Source: Bdellovibrionota bacterium (GTDB lineage: Bacteria > Bdellovibrionota_C > UBA2361 > OMII01). Taken from it: a stretch of 31,800 nucleotides of DNA. Below, piece after piece: positions 29,397 through 31,800 of this stretch. The position numbers were made by a program, and so were the translations under genes. A model generated the notes under the pieces. That model saw only the letters and a program-made list of their open reading frames with translations, was not told where the DNA came from and made no database searches. How positions within the stretch are numbered: position 1 is the first letter of the stretch; every line of letters starts with the position of its first letter. The stretch covers positions 1 through 31,800 of the forward strand of contig JBIKWQ010000035.1 in assembly GCA_044356215.1 (NCBI GenBank), written 5' to 3'.

Positions 29397-29915
29397 TTGG
29401 ATTTCACCATCTGGGATGTACTGCTTGGAATTATCTCGTGGAGTATCCGGATCCTGTTCTGGCCCCTTGGCTTTGTAATCAAGTACCGCGAGTTTTTCGC
29501 GACTGTAATCCCCTACCTCGTTACGGGAATAGTAGCTCTGTTCCTTTCTGTCTAGACTCTTGGGCTGCTAGCCATGGTTGCGCAGGCTGTATTCTTTGTG
29601 GTGAGTCTTATCTATCGGTTCTTTAAAGGCTGTTTCCTTCTGGCGTATTCGCTAGTAGCAAAACCAAAGCTCGCAGCTAATGAAGAGTCCTATGACACTG
29701 CAGCACCTCCACCTCAAGACGAATCTGATCCGTATTACATACTTGGAATAGACCGTAGCGTCACCGCTAGGGAACTTGCAGCTCGCTACAAGCAGCTCAT
29801 CAAGGCAAATCATCCTGATAAGGTTGCGCAGCTTGATCCGGAGATTCAGGCTTTTGCGGAGGAGCGATCCAAGAGGATTATCAAGGCGTATGAGGAGGTG
29901 GTGGCGGGGCTATAA
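29397..29915 (+). pseudogene. Membrane-anchored J-domain (DnaJ-like) protein interrupted by an in-frame TAG at 29553-29555
   Basis: AGGAGG then TTG at 29397, 52 hydrophobic codons, TAG, then in-frame continuation into DPYYILG...YKQLIKANHPDKV. Confidence 0.75.
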
Positions 29916-30046
29916 GCCGCTCGGTTTTGACTAGGAGTAATACTATAACCGACAGATTGGGACAGGGGTTGAGTAGCGCAGAGGGTTTGATACCCTATTA
30001 GAGGATAATCAAACTTTAACGGGATTAGCTCTAGGGAATTTTTAAT

Positions 30047-30670
30047 ATGTCCATTCTCGAAAACGCCTACATAAATAATGTTATTGATGTCCGCCCCGAC
30101 TCCGCGAGCGCACAAAACACGTCAGTTGTAACGTTTGGTGCTAATATAGGCCAGGAATCTTTGGTAATGCCGCAAGTAGTAGCTGAGGAGAACTCAGTCT
30201 CAATAGCCAATCATGGATTTAAATTGGTTACATTAGCGGACGGCCAGCCAGGAATAGAGGCTACCATAACAAGGCCAGACGGAAATCAAGTAACGATTCA
30301 GCTCTGTGAAGGAGCTAAGGGTGAGCCGTACGTAGACCTAAAGGAATATGGAAAAAACAATCTCAAAGGGGCAACCCTCATCTCACGCGAAGACTTTGTG
30401 GCAGTGGTAGACAGTCTCTTGAAAGCGATAAAGGGCTTTAGAGTGCCGGACGGTGTTCTCCAAACAGAAGATGAGGCTCTTAAAAAAGCATATCAAATAG
30501 TGACAGAAGGTGTGCGGAGGGACGGAGGTTTCTCGTGGGCCGAGTTCGAATTTGATGACAAGGGCGGTGTTTCTGGTCGTCGCGTTGGCGGCTTCGACAG
30601 CCTCTGGCGCGTCGACGTCTTTCGCGACCGTTGCGCTGCGTTTGTCTCCCCGCCTGCGGAATCGAAATAA
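30047..30670 (+). CDS. DGR target (variable) protein, family not recognised
   Basis: 207-aa ORF whose C-terminal ~31 codons are the VR matching the TR at 31202-31295. Confidence 0.9.
   Translation: MSILENAYINNVIDVRPDSASAQNTSVVTFGANIGQESLVMPQVVAEENSVSIANHGFKLVTLADGQPGIEATITRPDGNQVTIQLCEGAKGEPYVDLKEYGKNNLKGATLISREDFVAVVDSLLKAIKGFRVPDGVLQTEDEALKKAYQIVTEGVRRDGGFSWAEFEFDDKGGVSGRRVGGFDSLWRVDVFRDRCAAFVSPPAESK
30568..30661 (+). repeat. DGR variable repeat (VR)
   Basis: 94-bp ungapped match to TR; 18 mismatches, each opposite a TR adenine. Confidence 0.97.
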
Positions 30671-30707
30671 TTAGATAGTTGATCATTGGTTTCTTGATCC
30701 CCTCTCG

Positions 30708-30765
30708 GACTACGCCAAGGCTACGTCCGACAAGCCGACTCCGCCAAGGCTACGTCTGACAAGCC
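30708..30765. repeat. 29-bp tandem REP-like palindromic repeat (2 copies)
   Basis: GACTACGCCAAGGCTACGTCCGACAAGCC / GACTCCGCCAAGGCTACGTCTGACAAGCC, 2 mismatches. Confidence 0.85.
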
Positions 30766-30845
30766 TCAGGAGGGGTTGGGACTTTGATCATTGGTGCTTT
30801 GATCGAAAATTTTTAAGCTTTAGCCTAGTGGACGGATCTGTTACA

Positions 30846-31122
30846 CTTGTCATTACCTTGGGTAATGACAAGGCGGCTAAGGCTTCCTTGCACCCAAGGG
30901 CTGTTCCCACAGTAACAACTGTAAAGTAAACTTTGCAGGAACTGCCAGAGTCATTGCGTCCAGATGAGGGGCGGCGTAGCCGCCTCTTTTAGATTCAGTG
31001 AGCGTGCAGGACTGTGATGGGAGCAGCAATTCTTGTCCAAGCCTCGTGAGGGGATCTCGTTGGTTGGTATCGGACGATACCAAGGCTGTGAAGCTTAGCT
31101 AGCGGCACCAATCCCCCTCCAC
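30846..31122. ncRNA. Candidate structured non-coding RNA upstream of TR
   Basis: At least six stems found by eye, including nested long-range pairings; no credible ORF; family not recognised. Confidence 0.45.
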
Positions 31123-31201
31123 ATTAAATTCAACCGCGAGAACCGCGTAAAAGCGCTCAAACGGTGGTGGGTCCGTAAGGGCTTGGGCAAAGAGGGCGGG
31201 C

Positions 31202-31295
31202 TGTTTCTGGTCGTCGCGTTAACGACAACGACAACAACTGGAACGACAACGACAATCGCAACAATTGCGCTGCGTTTGTCTCCCCGCCTGCGGAA
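31202..31295 (+). repeat. DGR template repeat (TR)
   Basis: AAC/GAC/AAT-rich core (AACGACAACGACAACAACTGGAACGACAACGACAATCGCAACAAT) with flanks identical to VR. Confidence 0.97.
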
Positions 31296-31312
31296 CTGCT
31301 GTCTCCCCCTTT

Positions 31313-31663
31313 TTACCTCTGCCGAACGCTCTTCATCCACCCTCCAAGCATGCGTCCGATCTCATCGAGCCGCTCTTGGATAGGTACGGCTTTCTTCATC
31401 GGAAGCACCTTTATATCAACCGCAAGTCGCATATACATCCGCAGCATATCAACCTCTGCGGCAAGACCAGTCAATTTCTGAGCTCGTTGTTCAAGAGGCA
31501 GGTACCCCACATGAACAAATCCCTCTAACATCTGAAGGGCGGTCGCCTCAACACGACTCCAGAGGCTGTAACGCTCCATCTTGGGTATACCTTTTTGAAG
31601 GTCGTGTAATATCCGATACAGTTCATACGTTTTGGTGATGATGGGAATGTCTAATTGCTGCAT
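31313..31663 (-). CDS. avd: DGR accessory variability determinant Avd (four-helix bundle)
   Basis: 116 aa; IPIITKTYELY, PKMERYSL, LRMYMRLA, EIGRMLGGWMK; GGAGG SD upstream; lies between TR and RT. Confidence 0.9.
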   Translation of the reverse strand: MQQLDIPIITKTYELYRILHDLQKGIPKMERYSLWSRVEATALQMLEGFVHVGYLPLEQRAQKLTGLAAEVDMLRMYMRLAVDIKVLPMKKAVPIQERLDEIGRMLGGWMKSVRQR

Positions 31664-31675
31664 AGTCCTCCGTTA

Positions 31676-31800
31676 ATGGCTGATATATCCAAGATATTCG
31701 ACGAAATGGTCTCTTCCGAGCGGCTTTTTGAGGCGTGGTACGAATTTAAAAAGGGGAAATCCGCTCGCCGCGATGTTCAAGAGTTTGGCCGCCATGCAGA
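31676..31800 (+). CDS. Probable DGR reverse transcriptase, first 41 codons only
   Basis: MADISKIFDEMVSSERLFEAWYEFKKGKSARRDVQEFGRHA resembles the N-terminus of DGR RTs (LxxAWxxxxKGK...V..F); open to window end; catalytic YxDD not visible. Confidence 0.75.
   Translation, partial: MADISKIFDEMVSSERLFEAWYEFKKGKSARRDVQEFGRHA

Larger units (their letters stand above)
30047..31800 (+). mobile_element. Diversity-generating retroelement cassette (target/VR - TR - inverted avd - RT), truncated by window edge
   Basis: Adenine-specific TR/VR mismatches, Avd homologue and RT-like N-terminus within 1.75 kb. Confidence 0.93.

Noticed and set aside
30708..30765. 29-bp repeats as a CRISPR array
   Set aside because: Only two directly adjacent copies, no spacer, no cas genes
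31221..31265. AAC/GAC run as microsatellite, or the poly-Thr / poly-Val ORFs (31183-31383 +, 31095-31340 -)
   Set aside because: Fully explained as the DGR TR core; the ORFs are low-complexity by-products

Overview
Bacterial chromosomal window; host not identifiable from sequence alone (flagellated, gene style compatible with a deltaproteobacterial/Bdellovibrionota-like lineage, inference only). Left: end of a flagellar operon (flhA-flhG-small membrane gene-fliA, no flhF), HDOD protein, GT3 (eukaryote-type) glycogen synthase, SAM methyltransferase and rsmB. A ~6 kb insert (1505-aa M48 peptidase/ABC1 kinase fusion plus a hypothetical gene) lies between rsmB and a degenerate copy of part of the rsmB 3' region. 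Middle: recD2, tRNA-Lys(CTT), orphan LivK-like binding protein, gene fragments, coiled-coil methyltransferase, GDPD, Xer-like recombinase, inositol monophosphatase, PHP-like protein. Right (25.8-31.8 kb): accessory region with an AbiE type IV toxin-antitoxin pair, a Fic protein, an amber-interrupted J-domain gene and a diversity-generating retroelement (DGR). The DGR is the main finding: a 94-bp VR/TR pair with 18 mismatches, all at TR adenines, a target protein of unrecognised family, a highly structured ~270-nt non-coding segment before TR, and an avd gene inverted between TR and a probable reverse transcriptase that runs off the window edge.
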